Made by a program: the position numbers and the translations under genes
NCBI GenBank assembly: GCA_020060775.1
Contig: JAGUZN010000211.1
Coordinates: 6,224 to 70,223, forward strand
DNA length: 64,000 nucleotides
Direction: 5' to 3'
Source of the DNA: Armatimonadota bacterium
Lineage (GTDB): Bacteria; Armatimonadota; Hebobacteria; CAIYQO01
Shown: positions 10,242 to 19,334 of the stretch, piece after piece
Layout of the letters: every line of letters begins with the position of its first letter
Numbering within the stretch: the stretch's first letter is position 1
Notes under the pieces: model-generated
Told to the model about the DNA's origin: nothing
The model's database searches: none
What the model saw: only the letters and a program-made list of their open reading frames with translations

Positions 10242-10904
10242 CTACGCACGGTGTTGGAGGGTCGTCAGGCCTTCGCGAATGGCGTATTTCGTCAGGGCGG
10301 CGATGCTATGCAGATCGAGTTTTTCCATGATACTCTGCCGGTGGGCTTCAATGGTTTTCACGCTGAGGTGCATCTTGAGGGCGATCTCTTTTGACATGTA
10401 GCCTTCAGCAAGGAGTTGCAAGACTTCACGCTCACGGGGGGAGAGCGGCGAACAGGCACGATACTCGACATCGGAGATTTGCTGCACAAACTCCTGCACC
10501 ACCATGGCGTTGATGGCCGGGCTGAGGTAGACCTGCCCTTGCATGACGCGCAGGATCGCTTCGGCCAGGTCATCAAACGCTGAATCCTTCAACAGGTAGC
10601 CAGTGGCGCCGGCTTTGAGGGAGGCGAGGATGAATTGCCGCTCTTCATGCATGGAGAGGGAAATGACTTTGACGCCGGGGCAGGCTGCGACGATGCGCCT
10701 GGTGGCCTCAATGCCGTTGAGTTCGGGCATGGCGACATCGATAATCACCAGTTGCGGTTGGAATCGTTCCGCAAGTTCCACTGCCTGCCGGCCGTTTTCC
10801 GCTTCGGCGACGACACGAATTCCCGGCGATTGTACCAGCAGCGAACGTAGTCCTTCGCGGAGGATGCGGTGATCATCAGCAATGAGTACGGTGATCTGCG
10901 CCAT
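10242..10904 (-). CDS. NarL/LuxR-family response regulator (REC + HTH), copy 1.
   Basis: The REC domain starts VLIADDH...VIIDVAMPELNGIEA. The C-terminal LuxR HTH is LSPREREVLQLLAEGYMSKEIALKMHLSVKTIEAHRQSIMEKL. It is paralogous to 34293-34955. Confidence 0.9.
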   Translation of the reverse strand: MAQITVLIADDHRILREGLRSLLVQSPGIRVVAEAENGRQAVELAERFQPQLVIIDVAMPELNGIEATRRIVAACPGVKVISLSMHEERQFILASLKAGATGYLLKDSAFDDLAEAILRVMQGQVYLSPAINAMVVQEFVQQISDVEYRACSPLSPREREVLQLLAEGYMSKEIALKMHLSVKTIEAHRQSIMEKLDLHSIAALTKYAIREGLTTLQHRA

Positions 10905-10913
10905 AGCTCCTCC

Positions 10914-12101
10914 TCACGGTGTCCATAGTGGTGTCTCGGCCCCTTGTACTACATCATCCGGTTGATTCGTCTGCAGGTCAATGGGCACGGCGACGGTCAC
11001 ACGGGTGCCGCCGAGCGGCGATTCATCGATGCGCATGTGGCCTCCCAGGCCGAAGATGCGTTCACCAATGCTGAATAATCCGTAGCTTAAGCCGGCGGCG
11101 GGAGTGGCGATAAAGCCGACGCCGTCATCCTCCACGACAATGCGCGTCTGCTGTTCCCGGTAAGCGATCGTGATGTGTGCGGTGGTCGCTTGTGCGTGTT
11201 TGATGATATTCATGACCAACTCGCGCACCGCACGATAGAGGAAGGCGGAAATCTCGTCAGGCAGTGAACACGGCTCGCCGTGCACGGTGACGGTGATGGC
11301 GAGATGATGCTGTTCAAGCATGCGATCGGCCAACCAGCGGATCGCTTCCTCCAGCCCTAACTCGTAGAGCAGCGGGGGGCTGATTTCTGCAATCAGCGAA
11401 CGCACGCAGGCGATGGCTTCCTCGAGGTAGCCGCGCAAGACGCCGAGTTTCGTCACCGTGGCCACATCGGTGACCGTGGCTTGTAATTCCGCCACTTTCA
11501 TTTTACTGACGGCCAGCAGGGTCCCCAGGCTGTCATGCAGGTCCTGTGAGATGCGCCGGCGTTCTCGTTCTTCCGCACGCGAGAGCTCAGCGGTGAGGGA
11601 ACGAAGTTTGTGTTTGTACGTGCGCAGCCGGTTCTCTACCCGCTTACGCTCGATCGCATAACGGATAGCGCGCTGCAGGAGGTCCTGATGCAGGGCCTGC
11701 TTCCGCAGACAGTCTTGCGCCCCCGCCTGGACGACAGTCAGCGCAAAGGACTCATCATCGCCGCCAATGAGCACGAGGATCGGTACATCTTCGTTGCGAG
11801 CGTGGACAGCGTGGAACGCAGACACGGCCTCAGCGTCAGCGGGATCGAGGGAGAACAGCACGAGGTCGGCCACATGATCGTGCAAAAAGGCACACCCCTC
11901 GGCAACCGTCGCCACCTGTTGACTGCAAAACCGGGCGCCCGGCACCTGGTCGAGCGCCGTGCGAATCAGATATGCATCGACCGGGTTGGGCTCAATGAGT
12001 AAGACGTGCGTGGCGTGCGTATCCATCCTGATGTGCGCCTGGTCGTGGTCGTTTGCATGTACTTCGCTCATCGCCACGCTCCTGTCGTACCCGTGCGGCA
12101 T
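10914..12101 (-). CDS. Hybrid sensor kinase: an N-terminal receiver (REC) domain, then HisKA_3 and HATPase. There is no membrane sensor domain.
   Basis: A REC-like N-terminus (HVLLIEPNPVDAYL...DLVLFSLD...), then the HisKA_3 H-box (ERRRISQDLHDSLG) and an ATPase domain (VMNIIKHAQA...VEDDGVGF). It lies immediately upstream of the NarL RR, with a 9-bp gap. Confidence 0.85.
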   Translation of the reverse strand: MPHGYDRSVAMSEVHANDHDQAHIRMDTHATHVLLIEPNPVDAYLIRTALDQVPGARFCSQQVATVAEGCAFLHDHVADLVLFSLDPADAEAVSAFHAVHARNEDVPILVLIGGDDESFALTVVQAGAQDCLRKQALHQDLLQRAIRYAIERKRVENRLRTYKHKLRSLTAELSRAEERERRRISQDLHDSLGTLLAVSKMKVAELQATVTDVATVTKLGVLRGYLEEAIACVRSLIAEISPPLLYELGLEEAIRWLADRMLEQHHLAITVTVHGEPCSLPDEISAFLYRAVRELVMNIIKHAQATTAHITIAYREQQTRIVVEDDGVGFIATPAAGLSYGLFSIGERIFGLGGHMRIDESPLGGTRVTVAVPIDLQTNQPDDVVQGAETPLWTP

Positions 12102-12362
12102 ATAGGGCGTTGCCTATGAAAGCATTACAACTCCATTAGACAAGCGGTAATCACTGGCGGGATTGTGCGGTTTGGTCACGCGAGTGCCTGCGTAAGTCTT
12201 GTATGCCATCAACACGAATCACCCGTGTTCAGTGGTATGGGCAAGCGAGTGACACCATCATAATTATTAATATCGGCATTCCTGGATTCGGACTTAAGCG
12301 TTCCTGCTCGAGTAACCTGCAAGAATCAGGAAGCCCATACTTCTGCGGCCTGATGAGCGGCG

Positions 12363-13505
12363 CTATATCCGGTGAGCGTACGCAACAATCGCATCACTAA
12401 TCTCTTCCACCCCTTCGAGCGGCATATGCGAGTACATGGGCAAGGCCAGGCCGCGGGCGGCGAGTTGTTCGGCGACGGGCAGGCGGCCTGCACAGCCGGG
12501 TTCGATATCGCGAAACAGCACCTGGCTATGCAACGCGGGATAGAAGTAGCGCTTTGTCTCGATGCCTTCTTCCTTCAAGTATGCGTAGAGCGCGTCTCTG
12601 GTGAACGGCGCTTCGTGGGGATCGATCTGAATCACTACGTAGTTACGCGTGGAAGTCGCATGGGCTGGGATCATCTGGAAACTGATGCCCGGTATCTCGG
12701 CAAGGCGTGCCTTGTACATCTCCATGATACGCGTGCGATTGGCCGCCCAGATGTCCAGACGGGCGAACGACCAGCGTGCGATGAGGGCGTTGACCTCTTC
12801 GATACGCGCCGAAAGCCCCAGCCAATGCATTTCCTGACCATCAGGCCCCTTGCCATAATCTCGCATGCGCCGTAGTAGCGCCGCCAGTTCATCGTCATTG
12901 GTGGTGATCAGGCCGCCCTCCATGGCAGTGACGACCTTTGTCGGGCTCATACTGAAGGCTTCGCCGCGCCCAAAGTTACCCACGGCGGTGCCGCGATAGG
13001 TGCTGCCAATACCCTGGGCGCTATCGAAGAGTAGGGCCAAGCCATACTGCTCTGCCAGCCGCTGATACGCCTCCATCTCGCCCGGTACGCCAAAGATGCA
13101 CACTGGGAAGATGGCCGAGGTGCGCCGGGTGATGAGTGCTTCCGCTTGGGCGGCATCGAGGGTGAACGTCTCGGGGTCGCTATCGCAAAAGACGGGCGCC
13201 AGATCGTTCCACAGCAAGGCCTGCGCGGTGGCGGCAAAGGTAAAGCTGGGCGTGATGACTTCGCTACCGCGCGGCAATTCCAAGGCCTTTAATAGCAACA
13301 TTAACCCAGCAGTGCCGCATGAGACGGCAATGGTATGTCGGACGCCTAGGCGGGCACATACTTCCTCTTCCAGTAAACTTACTTGCTGCCCAACCGTGAC
13401 GCGTCCACCGGCCAGAATGGCGGCAAACTCTTCGTGGATCTCCGCGGGGTGCGGCAATGTGGGACAGACAATGGGATACCGAACCGGGGCGACAGCGATG
13501 GCCAT
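12363..13505 (-). CDS. DegT/DnrJ/EryC1/StrS-family PLP-dependent sugar aminotransferase (PglE-like).
   Basis: Has a family-typical fold-type I aminotransferase sequence (…SMSPTKVVTAMEGGLITTND…). It is followed on the minus strand by acetyltransferase and PglC-like genes. Confidence 0.9.
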   Translation of the reverse strand: MAIAVAPVRYPIVCPTLPHPAEIHEEFAAILAGGRVTVGQQVSLLEEEVCARLGVRHTIAVSCGTAGLMLLLKALELPRGSEVITPSFTFAATAQALLWNDLAPVFCDSDPETFTLDAAQAEALITRRTSAIFPVCIFGVPGEMEAYQRLAEQYGLALLFDSAQGIGSTYRGTAVGNFGRGEAFSMSPTKVVTAMEGGLITTNDDELAALLRRMRDYGKGPDGQEMHWLGLSARIEEVNALIARWSFARLDIWAANRTRIMEMYKARLAEIPGISFQMIPAHATSTRNYVVIQIDPHEAPFTRDALYAYLKEEGIETKRYFYPALHSQVLFRDIEPGCAGRLPVAEQLAARGLALPMYSHMPLEGVEEISDAIVAYAHRI

Positions 13506-13620
13506 GATGAGACTCCTGATCTGCGCAAACTACCGGGATTATTATAGTACGCTTTCTCGATCCTGCCTAGCACAAACGCCAGAACAGCAAATGCCTGGTA
13601 CGAGGCCTGTGAGGCGGCCT

Positions 13621-14232
13621 TCAGCGCCGAAGCCGAGCGGGATTGCCAAACACAACGGCATTATCGACAATATTACTCACGACGACACTGCCCGCGCCGA
13701 TGGTACAGTCATGTCCGATCATTATGCCCGGTTTCACACAAGCGCCAATACCCATCAGGGTCTCGGCGCCAATATGGACCTGGCCTGCCAGACGTACCCC
13801 GGGCGCGAGGTGCACGGCATCGCCGATGACGCAGTCGTGATCAACTGAGCAGGCGGTATTCAAAATGACGGCACGGCCGACCTGTGTTCGCGCGTTGACG
13901 ACAGCCTGTGCCATGACGACCGTCCCTGCACCGAGCACAGCACTGGGGGAGACGACCGCACTCGGGTGAATGAGCACCGGCAGCTCCCACCCACACTCTC
14001 CAGCACGATGCAGCAGGTGCTCACGTACGGGATTGCTCCCGATTGCCAGTGCAACGCAAGCATGCGGTGGAACTGCCGTCAACGGACCCAACACCGGATA
14101 GCCGAGAACGTGTTGCGTATGCATAGCGGGATTATCATCATAGAAGCCGGCAATCGGCCACGAGAGCGCTTCTACGATCTCCGCGACGACGGCAGCATGT
14201 CCGCCTGCTCCGATAATGTGGAGTTCACGCAT
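13621..14232 (-). CDS. Hexapeptide-repeat sugar N-acetyltransferase (PglD/NeuD family).
   Basis: An N-terminal Rossmann-like segment (MRELHIIGAGGHAAVVAEIVE) is followed by left-handed beta-helix repeats. It lies between the PglC-like and PglE-like genes. Confidence 0.8.
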   Translation of the reverse strand: MRELHIIGAGGHAAVVAEIVEALSWPIAGFYDDNPAMHTQHVLGYPVLGPLTAVPPHACVALAIGSNPVREHLLHRAGECGWELPVLIHPSAVVSPSAVLGAGTVVMAQAVVNARTQVGRAVILNTACSVDHDCVIGDAVHLAPGVRLAGQVHIGAETLMGIGACVKPGIMIGHDCTIGAGSVVVSNIVDNAVVFGNPARLRR

Positions 14233-14243
14233 ATCACAGCCTC

Positions 14244-14867
14244 TTACTTATGCAAGGAAGCCTCAGGCAAATTTACACTGCCTTGAAAAGGCTCCATGGT
14301 CACATGCCCCTGTTGGGAAATGCCATCGCGTCGGAACACTTTGCCAAGGGTGGCAAACAGAATCTTCACATCCAGCAAGAACGTCTGGTGTTCGACGTAC
14401 CAGGCATCCAGTTCAAACCGCTCCTCCCAGCATAAGGCGTTGCGCCCATTGATCTGCGCCCATCCCGTGATGCCGGGTTTCACCGCCAACCGCGTCGCTT
14501 GCCGCGGACTATAGCGATCGTTGTACTCAAGCAATAGCGGGCGTGGTCCCACCAAGCTCATCTCCCCGCGGAGCACGTTGAACAACTGGGGCAACTCATC
14601 CATGCTGGTTGAGCGGATGAATGCACCGACCGGGGTCATACGCTCATGATCGGGTAGCAACTGGCCTTCAGCATCTCGAGCATCGGACATCGTGCGGAAT
14701 TTGAAGAGCGTAAATGGATGACCATGCCGTCCTGCCCGCGATTGACGAAATAGGACGGGGCTGCCCATGCTCCGCCAGATGCACAGGGCTACAACAGCCA
14801 TGACCGGCGATAGTACGGTGAGCATGACCAGTGCAACGATAATGTCAACGAGACGCTTCATCCACAT
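14244..14867 (-). CDS. Small monotopic phosphoglycosyltransferase (PglC/WbaP C-terminal-domain family); initiates a glycan on undecaprenyl phosphate.
   Basis: Contains the conserved core ...FKFRTM...DELPQLFNVLRGEMSLVGPRP... It is ~200 aa with a single N-terminal hydrophobic helix. Confidence 0.88.
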   Translation of the reverse strand: MWMKRLVDIIVALVMLTVLSPVMAVVALCIWRSMGSPVLFRQSRAGRHGHPFTLFKFRTMSDARDAEGQLLPDHERMTPVGAFIRSTSMDELPQLFNVLRGEMSLVGPRPLLLEYNDRYSPRQATRLAVKPGITGWAQINGRNALCWEERFELDAWYVEHQTFLLDVKILFATLGKVFRRDGISQQGHVTMEPFQGSVNLPEASLHK

Positions 14868-14897
14868 ACTCCAGGCGGCAACGACGTGTACGGAAAG

Positions 14898-16163
14898 TTA
14901 CCCGACCCTCTCTATCGTGACAGGATCCTTCATGCCGGAAGGTTCGGTTGCCCCGAGCAACTCGAGCAAATGGTTCTCCAGCTTGAGCGCTAACCGGCGC
15001 ATATCGTGATGTTCGATGACCCACGCCCGCCCGCGTTCTCCCATCGCCACACGCTCCGCTTCCGTGAGATCGCGCAGTTGGAGGATTGCCTGGGCGAGAG
15101 CATGCGGATCTTCGGGAGGGATGGAAATGCCGGACTGTGCCTCCTCGACCGGATTATTCAAACTGCGACAGGCAAAAATCGTGGGGCGCCCGGCATAGAG
15201 ATAATCAAAAAGCTTATTGGCGCTCACCCCGTAGCGAGCGAGTACCGGCATATCGCGCAGGATGAAAATGAAGGCGTGGCTCTGGGAGAAATGTCTCGTC
15301 AACTCCGTCTTGGCGACCGGGGGATGGAAGGCCACATTCTGCAGACCGGCCGCTTCCGCCGACTGCTGGAGCATCACTTTCTGCGGACCATCACCGACCA
15401 GGCGCACCTCGATGCCGGCCCCCTGCGGATGGGCCTGCAATAGTTTAGCCGCCTCAATCACCGTACCAAGCCCGTTCGCCGGACCATGGGATCCGAGGAA
15501 TGACACGACAAAGCGATTCGCTGCGGGGGGCGGCGAATCGATGGCGGCGTAGAGTGTGGTGTCGATGCCATTCGGGATCTGCCAGATATGTTCACGCGGG
15601 ATGCCATGTTGCTCCAGGTAGCCCACCATACCCGGAAAGAGTGCGATCACCCTGTCCGCATGTCGGTAGAGATTGCGTTCGATGTGGCGCAAGTACCAGT
15701 ATATGGGGTGGCGCGTGGACAACGCGCCGACATCGACCAGCGACTCCGGCCAGACGTCGCGTACTTCAAAGACGAACGGGACGCCGAAGCAGCGGGCAAG
15801 TCGCAGCCCGGCATCGGCCGCATGCAGGTGCACACAGGAGCCGATGATCACCTCAGGCGCAGGAAGGTCAGCAGTGGCTCGGCACACACTCTGCCGGTAA
15901 CTCAGCATATTCACGAATCGCTGCACCGTGTTTCGGTACGGCGTGGTGCGCACGAAGCGAAAGCGCACGCCCTCGTACATACGATCGACGTACAAGTCTC
16001 CATCCGGAAGGTCAAAAGCCCGTGCCTGCCCATGGGGCGTTGCGGAGGCGAAGATCGTCACCTCATGCCCGCGCTGCTGCAGATAGCGCGCCAGCGTGGC
16101 ATGACGTGTCCCACCGGCGCCGTCAAGCGGAACAGCGTAGTGATTTAAGATCCAAATGCGCAT
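14898..16163 (-). CDS. Glycosyltransferase family 4 (GT-B fold).
   Basis: Has GT4 architecture. The start MRIWILNHYAVP is chosen at 16163, 18 nt inside the track ORF start. Confidence 0.85.
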   Translation of the reverse strand: MRIWILNHYAVPLDGAGGTRHATLARYLQQRGHEVTIFASATPHGQARAFDLPDGDLYVDRMYEGVRFRFVRTTPYRNTVQRFVNMLSYRQSVCRATADLPAPEVIIGSCVHLHAADAGLRLARCFGVPFVFEVRDVWPESLVDVGALSTRHPIYWYLRHIERNLYRHADRVIALFPGMVGYLEQHGIPREHIWQIPNGIDTTLYAAIDSPPPAANRFVVSFLGSHGPANGLGTVIEAAKLLQAHPQGAGIEVRLVGDGPQKVMLQQSAEAAGLQNVAFHPPVAKTELTRHFSQSHAFIFILRDMPVLARYGVSANKLFDYLYAGRPTIFACRSLNNPVEEAQSGISIPPEDPHALAQAILQLRDLTEAERVAMGERGRAWVIEHHDMRRLALKLENHLLELLGATEPSGMKDPVTIERVG

Positions 16164-16201
16164 GCAGAACTTCTCCAGCACTCATGACTTCGTGTGCACG
16201 T

Positions 16202-17287
16202 TCACGGGGTAAGTGTATGGACGATATGCGTCGAGGCATGCCCTTCACCGTAATACGGACCGGGGTCCGGCAAGGCGGGCGGATGATCAATCAACCGCTC
16301 GATCGCGTGAGCCAAACGGTCGGCATCCGCGCCGACAAGCTGATTCGCCCCGGCCTCGACCGTTTCCACCCATTCAGTTTCATCGCGCAGGGTGACGCAG
16401 GGCACACGGTAGAAGAACGCTTCCTTTTGCACCCCCCCAGAATCCGTTGTGATCGCGAAGGCCGATTCTTCCAACGCCACCATCTCAAGATAGCCGACAG
16501 GGTCGATCAACGTCAACCGTGAGAGGTATTGCTCCGTCAGCCCCTGACCTTCTATGATATGGCGCGTGCGCGGATGCAGGGGCAGCACGACGGGCATATG
16601 CTCGGCCACGCGCTGCAACCCGGTGAATATTTCGCGCAGCCGGTGCGGGTCATCGGTGTTTTCCGCGCGGTGGACGGTGGCAAGCACGTACGACTGTGGC
16701 GTCAGCCCGAGCCTGGCCAGGATGTGCGTCTGTTGCCGCGCCTTCTCACGGTAAAAGAGCGAGGCATCGTACATCACATCCCCCACCAGGTGGATGCGTG
16801 CTTCGGGAATGCCCTCGCGGCGCAGGTGCGCACTGGCCACCTCGGTCGGCGTGAAAAGGAGATCGGACACCTGGTCGGTGAGCACGCGATTGATCTCCTC
16901 TGGCATGCGCCGGTTGAAGGAACGCAGCCCGGCCTCGACATGCGCCACCGGGATATGCAGCTTCACTGCGGCCAATGCCCCCGCCAGCGTCGAGTTCGTA
17001 TCGCCGTAGACGAGCACCCAGTCCGGCTGGCGTTCGAGCACGACCTGCTCAATGCCTTCAAGCATGCGTCCGGTTTGCGCGCCGTGGCTGGCCGAGCCGA
17101 TGCCCAGGTGATAATCCGGACGCGGGATCTCCAACTCGTCGAAAAAGACATCCGACATGTTGGCATCGTAATGCTGCCCGGTATGCACCAGGATTTCGTC
17201 CATCCCGTCACTTGCGCGCAGAACGCGCGAGACGGCAGCCGCCTTGATGAACTGCGGCCGTGCGCCGATGATGGTCACGATCTTCAT
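16202..17287 (-). CDS. wecB: UDP-N-acetylglucosamine 2-epimerase (non-hydrolysing), WecB-like.
   Basis: Begins MKIVTIIGARPQFIKAAAV...HTGQHYD...GDTNSTLAGALAA and carries the WecB signature along the full length. Confidence 0.92.
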   Translation of the reverse strand: MKIVTIIGARPQFIKAAAVSRVLRASDGMDEILVHTGQHYDANMSDVFFDELEIPRPDYHLGIGSASHGAQTGRMLEGIEQVVLERQPDWVLVYGDTNSTLAGALAAVKLHIPVAHVEAGLRSFNRRMPEEINRVLTDQVSDLLFTPTEVASAHLRREGIPEARIHLVGDVMYDASLFYREKARQQTHILARLGLTPQSYVLATVHRAENTDDPHRLREIFTGLQRVAEHMPVVLPLHPRTRHIIEGQGLTEQYLSRLTLIDPVGYLEMVALEESAFAITTDSGGVQKEAFFYRVPCVTLRDETEWVETVEAGANQLVGADADRLAHAIERLIDHPPALPDPGPYYGEGHASTHIVHTLTP

Positions 17288-18402
17288 CCTAACAACTCCT
17301 CGTACACGCTCAATAACTTCCGGCTCTCGCGATCCCAGTTATAGTGTTCTCGCACCGCCTGTCTGCCGCGTTCCCCCATCGCCTCGGCTTCTGCCGGATG
17401 CTCGAGGATCCACTGCATGGCGTCGGCGATCGCCCCTGCATCTTGCGGATCGACCAGTAGCCCGCACTGATGCGTCTCGACAATTGCTCGCCATCGTGGA
17501 AAATCGGAGGCGATCACCGGCAACCCGGCAGCCATATATTCAAACAGCTTATTCGGCTGCGCATCAGTATGATTGGGCACCGGATGGAAGGTGACGATGC
17601 CGGCACGGGCGGCGTCTGCCAGGTGCAACATGGCTTCCCGCGTAATCCACCCGTGAAATCGCACCCGTTTCCATCCGGTTTGTTCGCGCAGTTCCTGCTC
17701 CAAGCTGTCAGGACGAATCACCCCTGCCAGGTCGAGACTCGCATCAAGCACGGCGGGAAATTGGGCCAGGGCATCGACGATTTCAGTAATGCCGCGCAGG
17801 CGAGTAATCCCTCCTGCATACCAAAACCGAGGTGGGCGTTGCGCGTAAAGCGTGCCGGCGACGAATTCGATCTCCTCGGCCAGTGGGAAATTGGATACCA
17901 CGACAGTTTTTACGGGAGGCAGATGCTCAGCGATGGCCGGGGTGGCCGCCACCACGCGCTGAAACAGCGCTGTTCCCACCACTTCAGCAACTCCTGCCAG
18001 CCGACCGACCGCTCTACGCAGCGACTTTGGAATCCATCCCTTGGTCAGGATTTGCCGTGCGACGTCTTCATGGACATCATAGATGACGCGCTTGCCGCAC
18101 AAGCGGAGCAGAATGCCAACCGGGATGAGTTCGGGGTCATGGAAATGGTAGAGATCCGCTTTGAGTCGCAGCGCAGCCGTGAACACCTGCCGGGTAGTGG
18201 CCACCATCCGCTGGCGACGCCCTGCAGGTTTGGGCACAGCACGGAGGGTCACGTCATGCATGTGCCCCTCACCCTCGTGCGGCGCCACGAGCGTCACCTC
18301 GTAACCGGCACGCGAAAGCGACCGACATTCTTTATGGTAGATGCGTACATCGTCAGGGCGGTGTACGGTGGTTAGATGGCAAATACGTCGTGAGTCGGTC
18401 AT
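17284..18402 (-). CDS. Glycosyltransferase family 4.
   Basis: A GT4 sequence (…FHGWITREAM… EX7E-like C-terminal region). It overlaps the wecB start by 4 bp. Confidence 0.85.
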   Translation of the reverse strand: MTDSRRICHLTTVHRPDDVRIYHKECRSLSRAGYEVTLVAPHEGEGHMHDVTLRAVPKPAGRRQRMVATTRQVFTAALRLKADLYHFHDPELIPVGILLRLCGKRVIYDVHEDVARQILTKGWIPKSLRRAVGRLAGVAEVVGTALFQRVVAATPAIAEHLPPVKTVVVSNFPLAEEIEFVAGTLYAQRPPRFWYAGGITRLRGITEIVDALAQFPAVLDASLDLAGVIRPDSLEQELREQTGWKRVRFHGWITREAMLHLADAARAGIVTFHPVPNHTDAQPNKLFEYMAAGLPVIASDFPRWRAIVETHQCGLLVDPQDAGAIADAMQWILEHPAEAEAMGERGRQAVREHYNWDRESRKLLSVYEELLG

Positions 18403-19334
18403 GCGGATGCCGGCACCTCTCTACGATAGCGAATTTTATGCAGCAGGGCGTTAATGCGCTTACATGCTGAATGATAATACCCATCCCACTGCCGATGGCA
18501 TGCGCGCAGCGGTTCGCTGTTATGGACTGCTGCCAGAAAAGCGAGTTGGGTCACATGCAAGCGGTGATAGGCGACCGTTGCCGGATTACGCCGTCCTCGT
18601 GGGCTCACATGCAGATCGTAGGCCGACCAATAGCCGAGATCCCAGCGCGACCAGCAGGATTCGAGCGTCCGAATATAGTGCGACAGCCCTGCGTGTTCAG
18701 CTGCCGACGCATCCACGGTACTGAGATCTGTCAGGCCAATGAGCGCATAAAAAAAGCCATTGAGTGTATGCGCAGGCGTGGTTGATGGGTACTCTTCGAG
18801 GAAGGGCATGGTCCCCTCTATCATTGAACGCACCCCGCCTGCGCCGATGTCGAGTGTCATTGGCGCAGTAGCACGGCGTGCCTGTGCGAGGTAGCGTTCA
18901 TCCTCTGTCATTCGATAAGCGCGCACCAACATGCTGATGCCCTCACCCTGCGACATGCACGATATCCAGGGGGCTTTCAAGTCGTCCCAGTCAAACTCGT
19001 AGCGCCAGCAAGCATCATCCGCACGCATGAACCAGTCAGCCATCTGCAAGAAAAACGTGCGGCTCCTGTCATCCTGGCGAGTGATCCAGCGGTTATAGTG
19101 CGCCAAGCCGTATGCCGCAATGCGCGTGGGATTATACTGTCGCCCTACGGACCGGTATTGCCGCACCGGGACCCCGTGTTCATCCTTTGGGTGATAATAT
19201 GTAGATTCCTGCTCAAGGGTAAACTCCAGATCAAGAGGGTAGGCATGACTGGTGAGTGCCTGAGGGTGCAGCCCAAAGTCTGTGCTGCCGGTCAGGGCGC
19301 TCAGAATATCGCGTAATATCTTATGAACCGGCAT
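18399..19334 (-). CDS. D-glucuronyl C5-epimerase C-terminal-domain-like protein (putative uronic-acid epimerase).
   Basis: The motif ...WISCMSQGEGISMLVRAY... resembles the Glce C-terminal domain. It is about 310 aa and sits in glycan-locus context. Confidence 0.5.
   Translation of the reverse strand: MPVHKILRDILSALTGSTDFGLHPQALTSHAYPLDLEFTLEQESTYYHPKDEHGVPVRQYRSVGRQYNPTRIAAYGLAHYNRWITRQDDRSRTFFLQMADWFMRADDACWRYEFDWDDLKAPWISCMSQGEGISMLVRAYRMTEDERYLAQARRATAPMTLDIGAGGVRSMIEGTMPFLEEYPSTTPAHTLNGFFYALIGLTDLSTVDASAAEHAGLSHYIRTLESCWSRWDLGYWSAYDLHVSPRGRRNPATVAYHRLHVTQLAFLAAVHNSEPLRACHRQWDGYYHSACKRINALLHKIRYRREVPASA

Noticed and set aside
12102-12362. Inverted repeat TTCCTG...CAGGAA (12312-12352) between the kinase start and the degT1 stop.
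   Set aside because: The 29-nt loop is too large for a confident terminator or operator call. It is noted only as a possible weak structure.
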